This document shows positions 1 through 9,355 of a stretch of DNA of 64,000 nucleotides, in pieces; positions within the stretch are counted from its first letter, which is position 1; every line of letters starts with the position of its first letter. The translations under genes were made by a program, and so were the position numbers. The notes beneath the pieces are model-generated. The model was not told the origin of the DNA, did not search any database, and was given only the letters and a program-made list of their open reading frames with translations. The stretch is from an uncultured Alphaproteobacteria bacterium (GTDB lineage: Bacteria; Pseudomonadota; Alphaproteobacteria; Rs-D84), in NCBI GenBank assembly GCA_944389495.1, contig CALXMN010000001.1, positions 78,012 through 142,011 on the forward strand. The letters are read 5' to 3'.

Positions 1-3000
1 ACTGCGCGTATTATACCGGAACACGGGTCTTGGATTGATTTTGAAGAATCCAAGGGTGTAATTTATGTTCGTATTGATCGTCGTCGTAAAATACCGGCCA
101 CGGTTTTATTGCGTTGTCTTCCGGCCGCGGCGGATGAAAAGAAATGGCAATCTGATCCGCGCAAACCGACAATTCGCGGTATGGACGATGCGGAAATTTT
201 GGGCGTTTTTTATAAGCGTATCCCGTTAAAATTTGATGGTAATATGTGGGTTGGTCAAACAAACACATTCGAAGGTCTGGATAAATACCGTTTAAATTAT
301 GATTTATTAAATCCGCGTGATAAAAAGCCATTGGCGTCCAAGGGTGACCGTATGAACGCCAAGCGTTTAAAACGTGTTATGGATGCATCCAAAGAATTTG
401 GTATTATGCCGGAATCTTTGATTGGCGAATATTTGTTTGATCCAATTTTGGATGCCGAAGGTAACGTTGTTTATCGTGCCGGCACAGAAATCACACCGGA
501 TGTTTTGTCTGATTTGGAAAAGATGAATGTCAAAGAAATATCTTTGATTTCCATTGATAATACGACGATTACTGCACATATGCGTAACACATTGATTGCG
601 GATAAAACGGTTAATCGTGAAGAGGCATTAATTGAAATCTATAACATCATCCGTCCGGGTGAACGTCCCACGCTCGAGGCGGCCATTAACCTCTTTATGC
701 GTCAAGGCTTTGATGCTGCATATTATGATTTATCGGCGGTTGGTCGGTTTAAGATGAACAAGCGTTTAAAAATTGATTCTGGTAAAAAGCCCGAAGACGA
801 ACGTCTGTTATCAAAGTCCGATTTCTTGGCGGTGTTAAAAACGTTGGCAAATATTATTGATCACAAGGATACGGTTGATGATATTGATAATTTGTCGAAC
901 CGTCGTGTTCGCACGGTTGGCGAATTGTTGGAACAGAATTTCCGCACAGGTATGGTTCGTATTGAACGTCTGGTACGCGAAAGTTTGTCATCGCCAAACA
1001 TTGCGAATATGCAACCCCAAGATGTAATTAATGTAAAGCCATTAATGTCATTGGTTTCTGAATTTTTGGGCACGTCGCAATTGTCCCAGTTTATGGACGC
1101 GTATAATCCGCTGTCTGAATTGGAACACAAGCGTCGCATTTCTGCGCTGGGGCCGGGCGGATTAAACCGTGATCGTGCGGGTATCGATGTTCGTGACGTT
1201 CATCCGACGCATTATGGTCGTTTATGTCCGATTAATACACCCGAAGGTGCAAACATTGGTTTGATTAACCATTTGGCGACATACGCACGTGTAAATCCAT
1301 ATGGGTTTATTGAAACGCCGTACTATGTTGTTGAAAACAGTAAAATCACCGACAAGATGGTTTACCTGACTGCGGATGAAGAATTGGGGCACAAAATTGC
1401 CCAGGGTAACACCCCAACAACTGCGAACGGGGTTTTGGCCGAAGATACGGTTACTGCGCGTGTTGATGGTGAATTTACAATGGTTCCCAAAGAAGAAATC
1501 GACCTGATTGACGTGGAACCACGCCAGGTGGTATCAATCGCGACCGGATTGATTCCGTTCGTTGAAAACGACGACGCTAACCGTGCATTGATGGGTTCCA
1601 ATATGCAGCGCCAGGCAATTCCATTACTGCGTGTCCAGGCCCCATTGGTTGGTACCGGTATAGAGCGCGAGGTTGCGCGTGATTCACGTACCGGTGTTGC
1701 GGCCAAGCACAGCGGTGTTGTTGAATCTGTTGATGCAAATCGTATTGTGGTTAAATGTATGAACAGCCGCAATGTCGTGACGGGTGTGGATATTTACAAT
1801 TTGGAAAAATTCGAACGCAGCAACAGTGAAACATTGATTCATCAAAAACCATTGGTCAAGGTTGGTGATCGCATTTCTGCGGGTGACATCATTGCGGATG
1901 GTTCTTCTATGAACTATGGTGAATTGGCATTGGGGCGCAATGTGTTGGTTGCATTCGTTCCGTGGCGCGGATATAACTATGAAGATTCTATTGTTATTTC
2001 CGAACGTATTTCACGTGATGACGTATTTACATCTGTGAAAATAGTTGAAAAAGAATTCAAGGTTCGCGATACCCAATTGGGGCCGGAAAGTTTAACACGC
2101 GACATCCCAAATGTCAGTGAAGAGGCGTTAAAGAATCTGGACGAATCTGGTATTATTTACGTCGGTGCGCGTGTAAAACAGGGCGACATCTTGGTTGGTC
2201 GTGTTTCGCCGAAATCCGAAACATTATTAACCCCAGAAGAGGCGTTATTACGCAACATCTTTGGCGAAAAGGCATTAAATGTCAAAGATACGTCTTTGCG
2301 TGTTGGGCCGAACGAAGAGGGTACGGTTATTGGTGTGAATGTTTTGACACGTCACGGTGTTAAAAAAGATGAACGCACCCAGATGATCGAACTGCAAAAA
2401 ATCGAAAAGATTAATCGCGATCGTGAAGAAGAAACGTCTATTATGGAACGCGGCTTTGCGGACCAGATTTTCCAATTGGCCGAAGGTCAGGTTATTGATG
2501 CCGGCACAGGCAGTTTAAAGCCGTTTGTCGGCAAAAAACTGACGCAAGAGGTTTTTGAAGGTATCAAACCAACAGATGTGAAAAAACTGGTTGTGCGTAA
2601 CAAAGAAATCCAGACCAAGATTGACGAACTGCGTGAACAACACGTGGCCAAGTTAAAGGCACTGAATGACAAGGCCGATGCCGAGGTCGCCAAAGCAACC
2701 GAAACGAATTCGTTGGGTGCGGGCGTATTAAAAGAGGTCAAGGTCTATATCGCACACAAAATGAAACTTCAGCCGGGTGATAAAATGGCCGGTCGTCACG
2801 GTAACAAGGGTATTGTATCCAAGGTTGTTCCAATCGAAGATATGCCGTATATGGAGGATGGAACCCCGGTTGATTTGGTGTTAAATCCATTGGGCGTGCC
2901 GTCGCGTATGAACCTGGGCCAGATTTTGGAAACGCACCTGGGGATGGCGGCGCGTACATTGGGGCAACAGATTGGTGCCGTCCTGGAAGAGGTTAAGCAA

Positions 3001-3621
3001 AAACGTGCGGTTACCGATGATTTACGCACCATTATGGGCAAGGTTTATGGCAAAGATGTTTCCGAAAAATTGGAAAAAATGACCGATACCGATGTCCGGG
3101 CCGAGGCCGCATTACTGCGTGATGGTGTTCCGATGGCGACACCGACATTTGACGGTGCAACGTCCGAGGACATCAGACGGATGTTAAAGTTGGCAAAATT
3201 GCCGGAAACGGGACAATTCACGTTATATGATGGTATGACGGGCGAAAAGTTTGCGCGTCCGGTAACGGTTGGCGTGATGTATATGTTGAAACTGCATCAT
3301 TTGGTTGATGAAAAGATTCACGCACGTTCAATTGGAAACTATTCTTTGGTCACGCAACAGCCATTGTCGGGCAAGGCCCATATGGGTGGCCAGCGTTTGG
3401 GTGAAATGGAGGTTTGGGCACTTGAGGCACACGGTGCCGCCCACCTGCTGCGCGAAATGCTGACCGTCAAATCAGATGACATTGTTGGCCGTACCAAAAT
3501 GTACGAAGCGATTATATCCGGCAGCAATGATTTCCAAACCGGCACGCCCGAGGCATTTAATGTGTTTGTGCGTGAATTGCGCGGATTGGGATTGGCATTG
3601 ACACCAAAGAAAATAGACTAA
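1..3621 (+). CDS. rpoB: DNA-directed RNA polymerase beta subunit (5' partial; the reading frame is open from nt 1 and the listed ORF start at 109 is internal)
   Basis: 1170-aa ORF with clear RpoB motifs (NMQRQA, GDKMAGRHGNKG, C-terminal LTPKKID). The frame stays open upstream to the window edge. Confidence 0.95.
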   Translation, partial: TARIIPEHGSWIDFEESKGVIYVRIDRRRKIPATVLLRCLPAAADEKKWQSDPRKPTIRGMDDAEILGVFYKRIPLKFDGNMWVGQTNTFEGLDKYRLNYDLLNPRDKKPLASKGDRMNAKRLKRVMDASKEFGIMPESLIGEYLFDPILDAEGNVVYRAGTEITPDVLSDLEKMNVKEISLISIDNTTITAHMRNTLIADKTVNREEALIEIYNIIRPGERPTLEAAINLFMRQGFDAAYYDLSAVGRFKMNKRLKIDSGKKPEDERLLSKSDFLAVLKTLANIIDHKDTVDDIDNLSNRRVRTVGELLEQNFRTGMVRIERLVRESLSSPNIANMQPQDVINVKPLMSLVSEFLGTSQLSQFMDAYNPLSELEHKRRISALGPGGLNRDRAGIDVRDVHPTHYGRLCPINTPEGANIGLINHLATYARVNPYGFIETPYYVVENSKITDKMVYLTADEELGHKIAQGNTPTTANGVLAEDTVTARVDGEFTMVPKEEIDLIDVEPRQVVSIATGLIPFVENDDANRALMGSNMQRQAIPLLRVQAPLVGTGIEREVARDSRTGVAAKHSGVVESVDANRIVVKCMNSRNVVTGVDIYNLEKFERSNSETLIHQKPLVKVGDRISAGDIIADGSSMNYGELALGRNVLVAFVPWRGYNYEDSIVISERISRDDVFTSVKIVEKEFKVRDTQLGPESLTRDIPNVSEEALKNLDESGIIYVGARVKQGDILVGRVSPKSETLLTPEEALLRNIFGEKALNVKDTSLRVGPNEEGTVIGVNVLTRHGVKKDERTQMIELQKIEKINRDREEETSIMERGFADQIFQLAEGQVIDAGTGSLKPFVGKKLTQEVFEGIKPTDVKKLVVRNKEIQTKIDELREQHVAKLKALNDKADAEVAKATETNSLGAGVLKEVKVYIAHKMKLQPGDKMAGRHGNKGIVSKVVPIEDMPYMEDGTPVDLVLNPLGVPSRMNLGQILETHLGMAARTLGQQIGAVLEEVKQKRAVTDDLRTIMGKVYGKDVSEKLEKMTDTDVRAEAALLRDGVPMATPTFDGATSEDIRRMLKLAKLPETGQFTLYDGMTGEKFARPVTVGVMYMLKLHHLVDEKIHARSIGNYSLVTQQPLSGKAHMGGQRLGEMEVWALEAHGAAHLLREMLTVKSDDIVGRTKMYEAIISGSNDFQTGTPEAFNVFVRELRGLGLALTPKKID

Positions 3622-3699
3622 AAAAACTCGTACGTATCGGCATTAAACCAAGATGTCGATGCGTACAAACCCTTAAGCGACTGAAAGGAGCAAAATATA

Positions 3700-6600
3700 A
3701 TGACCAATATGTTGCAGAAGATATTTGGACAAATCGAAACCAAGGAACAGTTTGACGCACTGCGCATCACCATCGCGTCACCCGAAGAAATACTGTCTTG
3801 GTCCCACGGCGAGGTTAAAAAACCAGAAACGATTAATTATCACTCGCTTAAACCAGAGCCCGAGGGATTGTTTTGTCAACAGATTTTTGGCCCGGTCAAG
3901 GATTATGAATGCGCCTGTGGCAAATATAAAAGAATTAAATTCCGTGGCGTTGTTTGCGAACGTTGCGGGGTCGAGGTTGGATCTTCGACCGTTCGTCGTG
4001 AACGTATGGGGCATATTAAGTTGGCAATGCCGGTTGCGCATACCTGGTTTTTACGCGAAGGAAAAATTGCCACGCTGTTAAATAACTTGCCCCAGAAAAA
4101 GTTGGAACAGGTTATTTCGTACGATGCATATATTGTTATTGAACCGGGGTTAACAAGTTTAAAGCAATATGATGTTATCAGCGAAGATGAATATCAAAAG
4201 GCCGTCGAAGAATTTGGCGCGGATGCGTTTCACGTTGGAATTGGTGCCGAAGGTATTCGCAGCATTATTGCCAATCTTGATATGGGCGATGAACGTACCC
4301 GTCTGCGCGCAGAATTGGCGGAAACAAAATCTGATGCCAAGCGCAAAGGTTTAATCAAGCAATTAAAACTGGTCGAAGCATTTTTGGATTCCAAGACAGA
4401 TCCGGCCTGGATGTTACCAGATGTTATCCCGGTTATTCCACCGGATATGCGTCCGCTGGTTACATTGGATGCGGGACACGTTGCGGCATCTGACCTGAAT
4501 GATTTGTATCGTCGTGTCATTATTCGTAATAATCGTTTAAAAAGATTTATCGAAATGCACGCGCCGGAAATCATTGTTCGCAATGAAAAGCGTATGTTAC
4601 AAGAGGCGGTCGATTCTTTGTTCGATAACGGGCACAAGGCACGTCCGATGGTTTCACAAAATCGTCGCCCGTTGAAGTCTTTGTCTGATTCCCTGCGTGG
4701 TAAATCGGGCCGTTTCCGTATGAATATGTTGGGCAAGCGTGTGGATTATTCGGGCCGCAGTGTTATTGTGTCTGGACCATCGCTGAAATTGCACCAGGTT
4801 GGTTTGCCAAAAACAATGGCATTGGAATTATTCAAGCCATTCGTTTATGCGCGTTTAATGGCGGGTGATTATGCAAACACGTTAAAGACCGCGCGTAAAA
4901 TGGTTGAAAACGGCGAAGATGTTGTATGGGAAATTTTGGAAAAGGTTATTCACCAACATCCGGTTCTGTTAAACCGTCAACCGACTTTGCACCGTTTGTC
5001 AATGTTGGCATTTGAACCGGTGTTAATAGAAGGCAAGGCAATCCGTCTGCATCCGTTGGTGTGCAAGGGATTCAATGCTGACTTTGATGGTGACCAGATG
5101 GCCGTGCACGTTCCAATTTCATTAGAGGCACAACTAGAGGCACGCACATTAATGTTGTCGTCCAATAACATTTTATCACCGGCCAATGGCGAACCTATGA
5201 TTGTGCCGTCCCAAGATATGGTTTTGGGTGTGTACTATATTTCGCTGATTAACGGCGAACACACGGATAAATCACCGCGCTTTGCCAATATGGACGAAGT
5301 AAAAATGGCGTTGGAAAACAAATCCATCACGTTGCACACACCAATTGTTGCGCGTATCAATGGCAATATTTATAAAACAACGGCCGGACGTATGATTCTG
5401 GGCCAGTTGTTGCCAAAATCTGACAATATGCCATTCGATTTGGTAAACAAGGTTATGCCCGTAGGTGAAATCAAATCATTATTGGCAACGACGTATGAAC
5501 GTTGCGGGGACAAGGCAACAATTCTGTTGGCCGACGCGTTAAAAGACACCGGGTTTGAACAGGCCGCACGCAGTGGTATTTCCATCGGCTATGATGATAT
5601 TGTTATCCCAGAAGAAAAGAAAACAATTATCGAAGAAACTGAACGTGCCGCCGAAGAAATCAATGAACAATATCAAAATGGTTTATTATCTGGTGGCGAA
5701 AAGCATAATAAACTGATTGACCTGTGGCAGAATACAACCGATAAGATCGGTGATTTGGCGTATGCTGCGCTGGGTAAAACGACGGGCGATCATTGGAATT
5801 CTGTTTTGATGATGGCGTTGTCCGGGGCCCGCGGTTCCAAGCGCCAGATTCAACAGGTTGCTGGTATGCGTGGTATGATGCAAAAGCCCGACGGGTCTAT
5901 TATAGAAGTTCCAATTATTTCGAACTTTAAAGAGGGCCTGACAATGGCGGAATACTTTACGTCCACCCACGGTGCGCGCAAAGGTATGTCCGACACGGCG
6001 TTAAAAACGGCTGACGCGGGTTACCTGACACGTCGTTTGGTTGAATTGGCGCAAAATACGGTTATTACCGAACACGACTGTGGTACAACTGAATATATCA
6101 CGGCCAAGCCTGTATACCAGGGCAGCACATTATCCGTGCCATTGGGTGATGTTGTTCTGGGGCGTACCGCCGCGCACGATATTGTGCACCCGATTACCAA
6201 GGAAGTAATTGTTCCGGCCGGTGAATTGGTGACCAAGGTTGCCGCGCGCAAAATTAATGAATCAGGATTACCGTCTGTTGATGTTCGCAGCGTTTTGACC
6301 TGTTGCAGTGACGGATTGTGTGCGAAATGTTATGGTATGGATTTGTCCCGCCAGGCATTGGTTCACGTTGGCGAGGCCGTTGGTGTTATTGCCGGCCAGT
6401 CCATTGGTGAACCAGGTACTCAGTTAACATTGCGTACGTTCCACATTGGTGGTGTTGCGTCCGGCGGTGCAGAAAGCCATTACATAGAGGTTCCTGTTGC
6501 CGGTACCGTAAAATTATCTGGGGTTAACACAATCAAGAATTCTGCGGGCCGCATTGTGGTTCTGTCACGAAACGGCGAATTATCCGTTGTTGATGCCAAG

Positions 6601-7809
6601 GGTGAAAGCCTGTTCACAACGAAATTACCGTATGCCGCAATGATGATTGTCAGTGACGGTGACACCGTTGAAAAGGGCGCCAAAGTTGCAGAATGGGATC
6701 CATACGCAAATACAATCATCGCGGAAAAAGACGGTATCGTTCAATTCCAGGATTTGATTGAAAACGTATCGTATCAAGAAGAGGTTGATTCTACAACTGG
6801 TATTGTTTCGCGCAAGGTTATTAACTGGAAGGCAAATACCAAGAAAGCGTTAAATCCTGCAATTACATTGGTTGATGACAAGGGCCAGGTTATTTCTTTG
6901 GGCGGTAAAAAAATCGCAGAATACCTGTTGCCGATGTATTCAATTTTGAATGTATCAAATGGCGCGACTGTTTCTGCGGGTGATGTGTTGGCGCGTATCC
7001 CGGTTCAGACCAAACGTACGGGCGATATTACCGGTGGTCTGCCACGTGTTAACGAATTGCTTGAGGTTCGTCGTCCATCCAACCCAGCATTATTGGCCGA
7101 GGTTGACGGTATCATTGAATTGGAGGATGCGAAATCAAAAATCATCATTCGCATTATGCCAGATGATGGTACGGCGCCCGTTGAATATGCGGTGCCCAAG
7201 GGTACAAACCTGTTGGTGCGCAGTGGTGACATTGTTAAAAAGGCCGATAAATTGGTTGACGGCGATCCGGTTCCACAGGATATTTTGCGTATCTTGGGCC
7301 AGAAAGCATTGGCAACATTTATGGTCGAACAGATTCAACAGGTTTATCGTCTGCAGGGTGTGTCAATCAACGACAAACATATTGAAATTCTGATACGCGA
7401 AATGACACGTCGTGTGGAAATCACAAATCCGGGCGATACAGGATTCTTGATGGGCCAGGTTGTTGATCGTGTTGATTTCGAAGAAGAAAATGCACGTGTT
7501 GTGCACGATGGCGGTCGTCCGGCCGAAGCGTCCCAGGTTCTGGTTGGATTGACACGGGCGTCATTGACATCACGTTCATTTATATCGAATGCATCGTTCC
7601 AACAGACAACCAAGGTTTTGGTTGATGCGGCAATTGGCGGCGCAACCGATAAATTGGTTGGAATCAATGAAAACTTGATTGTTGGGCGTCTGATACCGGT
7701 TGGAACGGGGGCCTATGTCCGTCGTGTTCGCGAAATTGCGCGTGAAGAAGAACGTGCCGAAAAACTGGCGCGTGACGGTAATGCGCAACAGCAGTTGTTG
7801 GACATCTGA
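3700..7809 (+). CDS. rpoC: DNA-directed RNA polymerase beta' subunit
   Basis: 1369-aa ORF with the zinc-finger CX2C...CX2C motif and the NADFDGD catalytic motif. A GGAG ribosome-binding site precedes it, and it lies directly downstream of rpoB. Confidence 0.95.
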   Translation: MTNMLQKIFGQIETKEQFDALRITIASPEEILSWSHGEVKKPETINYHSLKPEPEGLFCQQIFGPVKDYECACGKYKRIKFRGVVCERCGVEVGSSTVRRERMGHIKLAMPVAHTWFLREGKIATLLNNLPQKKLEQVISYDAYIVIEPGLTSLKQYDVISEDEYQKAVEEFGADAFHVGIGAEGIRSIIANLDMGDERTRLRAELAETKSDAKRKGLIKQLKLVEAFLDSKTDPAWMLPDVIPVIPPDMRPLVTLDAGHVAASDLNDLYRRVIIRNNRLKRFIEMHAPEIIVRNEKRMLQEAVDSLFDNGHKARPMVSQNRRPLKSLSDSLRGKSGRFRMNMLGKRVDYSGRSVIVSGPSLKLHQVGLPKTMALELFKPFVYARLMAGDYANTLKTARKMVENGEDVVWEILEKVIHQHPVLLNRQPTLHRLSMLAFEPVLIEGKAIRLHPLVCKGFNADFDGDQMAVHVPISLEAQLEARTLMLSSNNILSPANGEPMIVPSQDMVLGVYYISLINGEHTDKSPRFANMDEVKMALENKSITLHTPIVARINGNIYKTTAGRMILGQLLPKSDNMPFDLVNKVMPVGEIKSLLATTYERCGDKATILLADALKDTGFEQAARSGISIGYDDIVIPEEKKTIIEETERAAEEINEQYQNGLLSGGEKHNKLIDLWQNTTDKIGDLAYAALGKTTGDHWNSVLMMALSGARGSKRQIQQVAGMRGMMQKPDGSIIEVPIISNFKEGLTMAEYFTSTHGARKGMSDTALKTADAGYLTRRLVELAQNTVITEHDCGTTEYITAKPVYQGSTLSVPLGDVVLGRTAAHDIVHPITKEVIVPAGELVTKVAARKINESGLPSVDVRSVLTCCSDGLCAKCYGMDLSRQALVHVGEAVGVIAGQSIGEPGTQLTLRTFHIGGVASGGAESHYIEVPVAGTVKLSGVNTIKNSAGRIVVLSRNGELSVVDAKGESLFTTKLPYAAMMIVSDGDTVEKGAKVAEWDPYANTIIAEKDGIVQFQDLIENVSYQEEVDSTTGIVSRKVINWKANTKKALNPAITLVDDKGQVISLGGKKIAEYLLPMYSILNVSNGATVSAGDVLARIPVQTKRTGDITGGLPRVNELLEVRRPSNPALLAEVDGIIELEDAKSKIIIRIMPDDGTAPVEYAVPKGTNLLVRSGDIVKKADKLVDGDPVPQDILRILGQKALATFMVEQIQQVYRLQGVSINDKHIEILIREMTRRVEITNPGDTGFLMGQVVDRVDFEEENARVVHDGGRPAEASQVLVGLTRASLTSRSFISNASFQQTTKVLVDAAIGGATDKLVGINENLIVGRLIPVGTGAYVRRVREIAREEERAEKLARDGNAQQQLLDI

Positions 7810-7892
7810 TGTGACGGGCTGTATTTTTCATTCGGAACCCGGCGACAAATATGTTACCGGGGACCGGATTATGCCGGGATATAAACTTTTCC

Positions 7893-7920
7893 TTGCAAAT
7901 GCCCCAGATTTTAATAAAAT
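7893..7920 (+). promoter_or_regulatory. Candidate sigma70 promoter (TTGCAA-16-TAAAAT) for rpmF-plsX
   Basis: Hexamers were read directly. An AAAGGA ribosome-binding site follows before the rpmF start at 7949. Confidence 0.35.
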
Positions 7921-7948
7921 ACCTAACTGTAAATAAAAGGATAATAAA

Positions 7949-8098
7949 ATGGCAACGCCAAAAAGTAAAACAAGCAAAGCACGTTCGGCCCAGCGTCGTT
8001 CACACGATGGTTTGTCTGTAATGCCGTGCACGGTATGCAAGACCTGTGGCGAAAAGAAACGGCCGCATCACGTATGCCCGGCGTGTGGCGCAAAATAA
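7949..8098 (+). CDS. rpmF: 50S ribosomal protein L32
   Basis: 49-aa ORF MATPKSKTSKARSAQRRSHDGLS...CPACGAK, translated by hand because it is below the ORF-track cutoff. It has the typical L32 Cys cluster and sits immediately upstream of plsX, as is widely conserved. Confidence 0.8.
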   Translation: MATPKSKTSKARSAQRRSHDGLSVMPCTVCKTCGEKKRPHHVCPACGAK

Positions 8099-8172
8099 TA
8101 AATAAGAAATAAAAAAATGGCAGAATTTGGCGCGTATGTAATATTGTGCCATTCTGCTTTTTTAATGTTATT

Positions 8173-9237
8173 ATGTCAACAGAAAAAAAGATCATAGCAA
8201 TTGATGCGATGGGCGGGGATAAAGGCCCGAATGCTGTATTGGGGGGAATGAATCAATTTCTGTACCAAAATGGCGAAACGGGTGTGTTCTTTCGTCTGTT
8301 TGGGCCAAAGAAACAATTAACTGCGTTGTTGGCCAAATATCCGCGCGTCGCCCGCAATTGCGAGGTTATTGATGCACCCGGTGTGGTCAAGGGAACGGAC
8401 AAAGTGCGTGATGTTATTCGGCACGCCCAGGATACGTCAATGTATATGGCCATTCGTGATGTTCGTGAAGGTAACGCATCTGCGATTATCAGTGCGGGTA
8501 ACACGGGAATTTTAATGTCTTTATCAAAGTTGGCGTTAAAGACCGTTGACGGTATTTCTCGTCCGGCGATAACGACTATGTTGCCATCGGGGGGCGGTGA
8601 TTCACGTGTGGTTGTATTGGATTTGGGTGCAAACGTTCATTGTGACGAGCGGGATTTGTTCGATTTTTCCATCCTGGGCAGCGTTTATGCCGAAGTTATC
8701 GGTAAAATGCCGCGGCCCAAGGTTGGGGTCTTGAATATTGGATCCGAAGAAACCAAAGGTAACGAGGTTTTACAAAAACTGAATAAAATCTTGATGGAAA
8801 ATAAAGATAAATTGCCATATGAATATATCGGTTTTGTCGAAGGAAATGATATTGGCGGTGGTAATGTCCAGGTGGTTGTGACCGATGGTTTTACCGGTAA
8901 TATCGTTTTGAAAACTGTTGAAGGTACCGCCAAGTTGATCAAGCGCGTGTTGGTTGACAATCTGAAAAAATCAGTGTTGGCAATTATTGGTGCGTTTTTC
9001 TTGGTGCACGTTTTTAAACGTTTAAAGAATAAAATTGACCCACGTTCTTATGCGGGCGCAACGTTTTTGGGACTGCGTGGTTTTGCGGTAAAAACCCACG
9101 GTAACAGCGATGCGTTGGCATTTGCAAATTCTATTAAATATGCATCGGATTTAACGGCGGCGAACTTGAATGACGTGATTGCGTCGCGTGCGGCATCTGT
9201 GTCCAAGATTCGTGATGAAATCACAAACCAAGAATAA
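8173..9237 (+). CDS. plsX: Phosphate acyltransferase PlsX
   Basis: The N-terminus at an ATG reads MSTEKKIIAIDAMGGD, the PlsX signature. The ORF-track start at 8146 is a GTG that lies inside a hairpin with a T-run. Typical rpmF-plsX linkage. Confidence 0.85.
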   Translation: MSTEKKIIAIDAMGGDKGPNAVLGGMNQFLYQNGETGVFFRLFGPKKQLTALLAKYPRVARNCEVIDAPGVVKGTDKVRDVIRHAQDTSMYMAIRDVREGNASAIISAGNTGILMSLSKLALKTVDGISRPAITTMLPSGGGDSRVVVLDLGANVHCDERDLFDFSILGSVYAEVIGKMPRPKVGVLNIGSEETKGNEVLQKLNKILMENKDKLPYEYIGFVEGNDIGGGNVQVVVTDGFTGNIVLKTVEGTAKLIKRVLVDNLKKSVLAIIGAFFLVHVFKRLKNKIDPRSYAGATFLGLRGFAVKTHGNSDALAFANSIKYASDLTAANLNDVIASRAASVSKIRDEITNQE

Positions 9238-9258
9238 TATATTTTCGTGTTTTTTTTG

Positions 9259-9282
9259 CATCCCGCATTGCGGGATTTTTTA
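9259..9282 (+). terminator. Rho-independent terminator after plsX
   Basis: TCCCGCATTGCGGGA hairpin followed by TTTTTT. Confidence 0.6.
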
Positions 9283-9355
9283 TTGGGAATATGTACGTAT
9301 TGATATTGGTAATGTTTTTTTAGACCCTGGGGATATAAAAATGGGGGGAAATAAA

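Noticed and set aside
3622-3699. Imperfect hairpin (CGTACGTATCG...CGATGCGTACG) in the rpoB-rpoC spacer, considered as a terminator or attenuator.
   Set aside because: No T-run follows it and rpoC must be co-transcribed. More likely it is an RNA processing or structure element, and it is not reported as a feature.
367-7788. Numerous 60-170-aa ORFs antisense to or out of frame within rpoB/rpoC (e.g. 367-579, 1362-1772, 3725-4081, 4230-4736, 6950-7393).
   Set aside because: They are shadow ORFs inside highly conserved long genes. They have no ribosome-binding sites and skewed, low-complexity composition.
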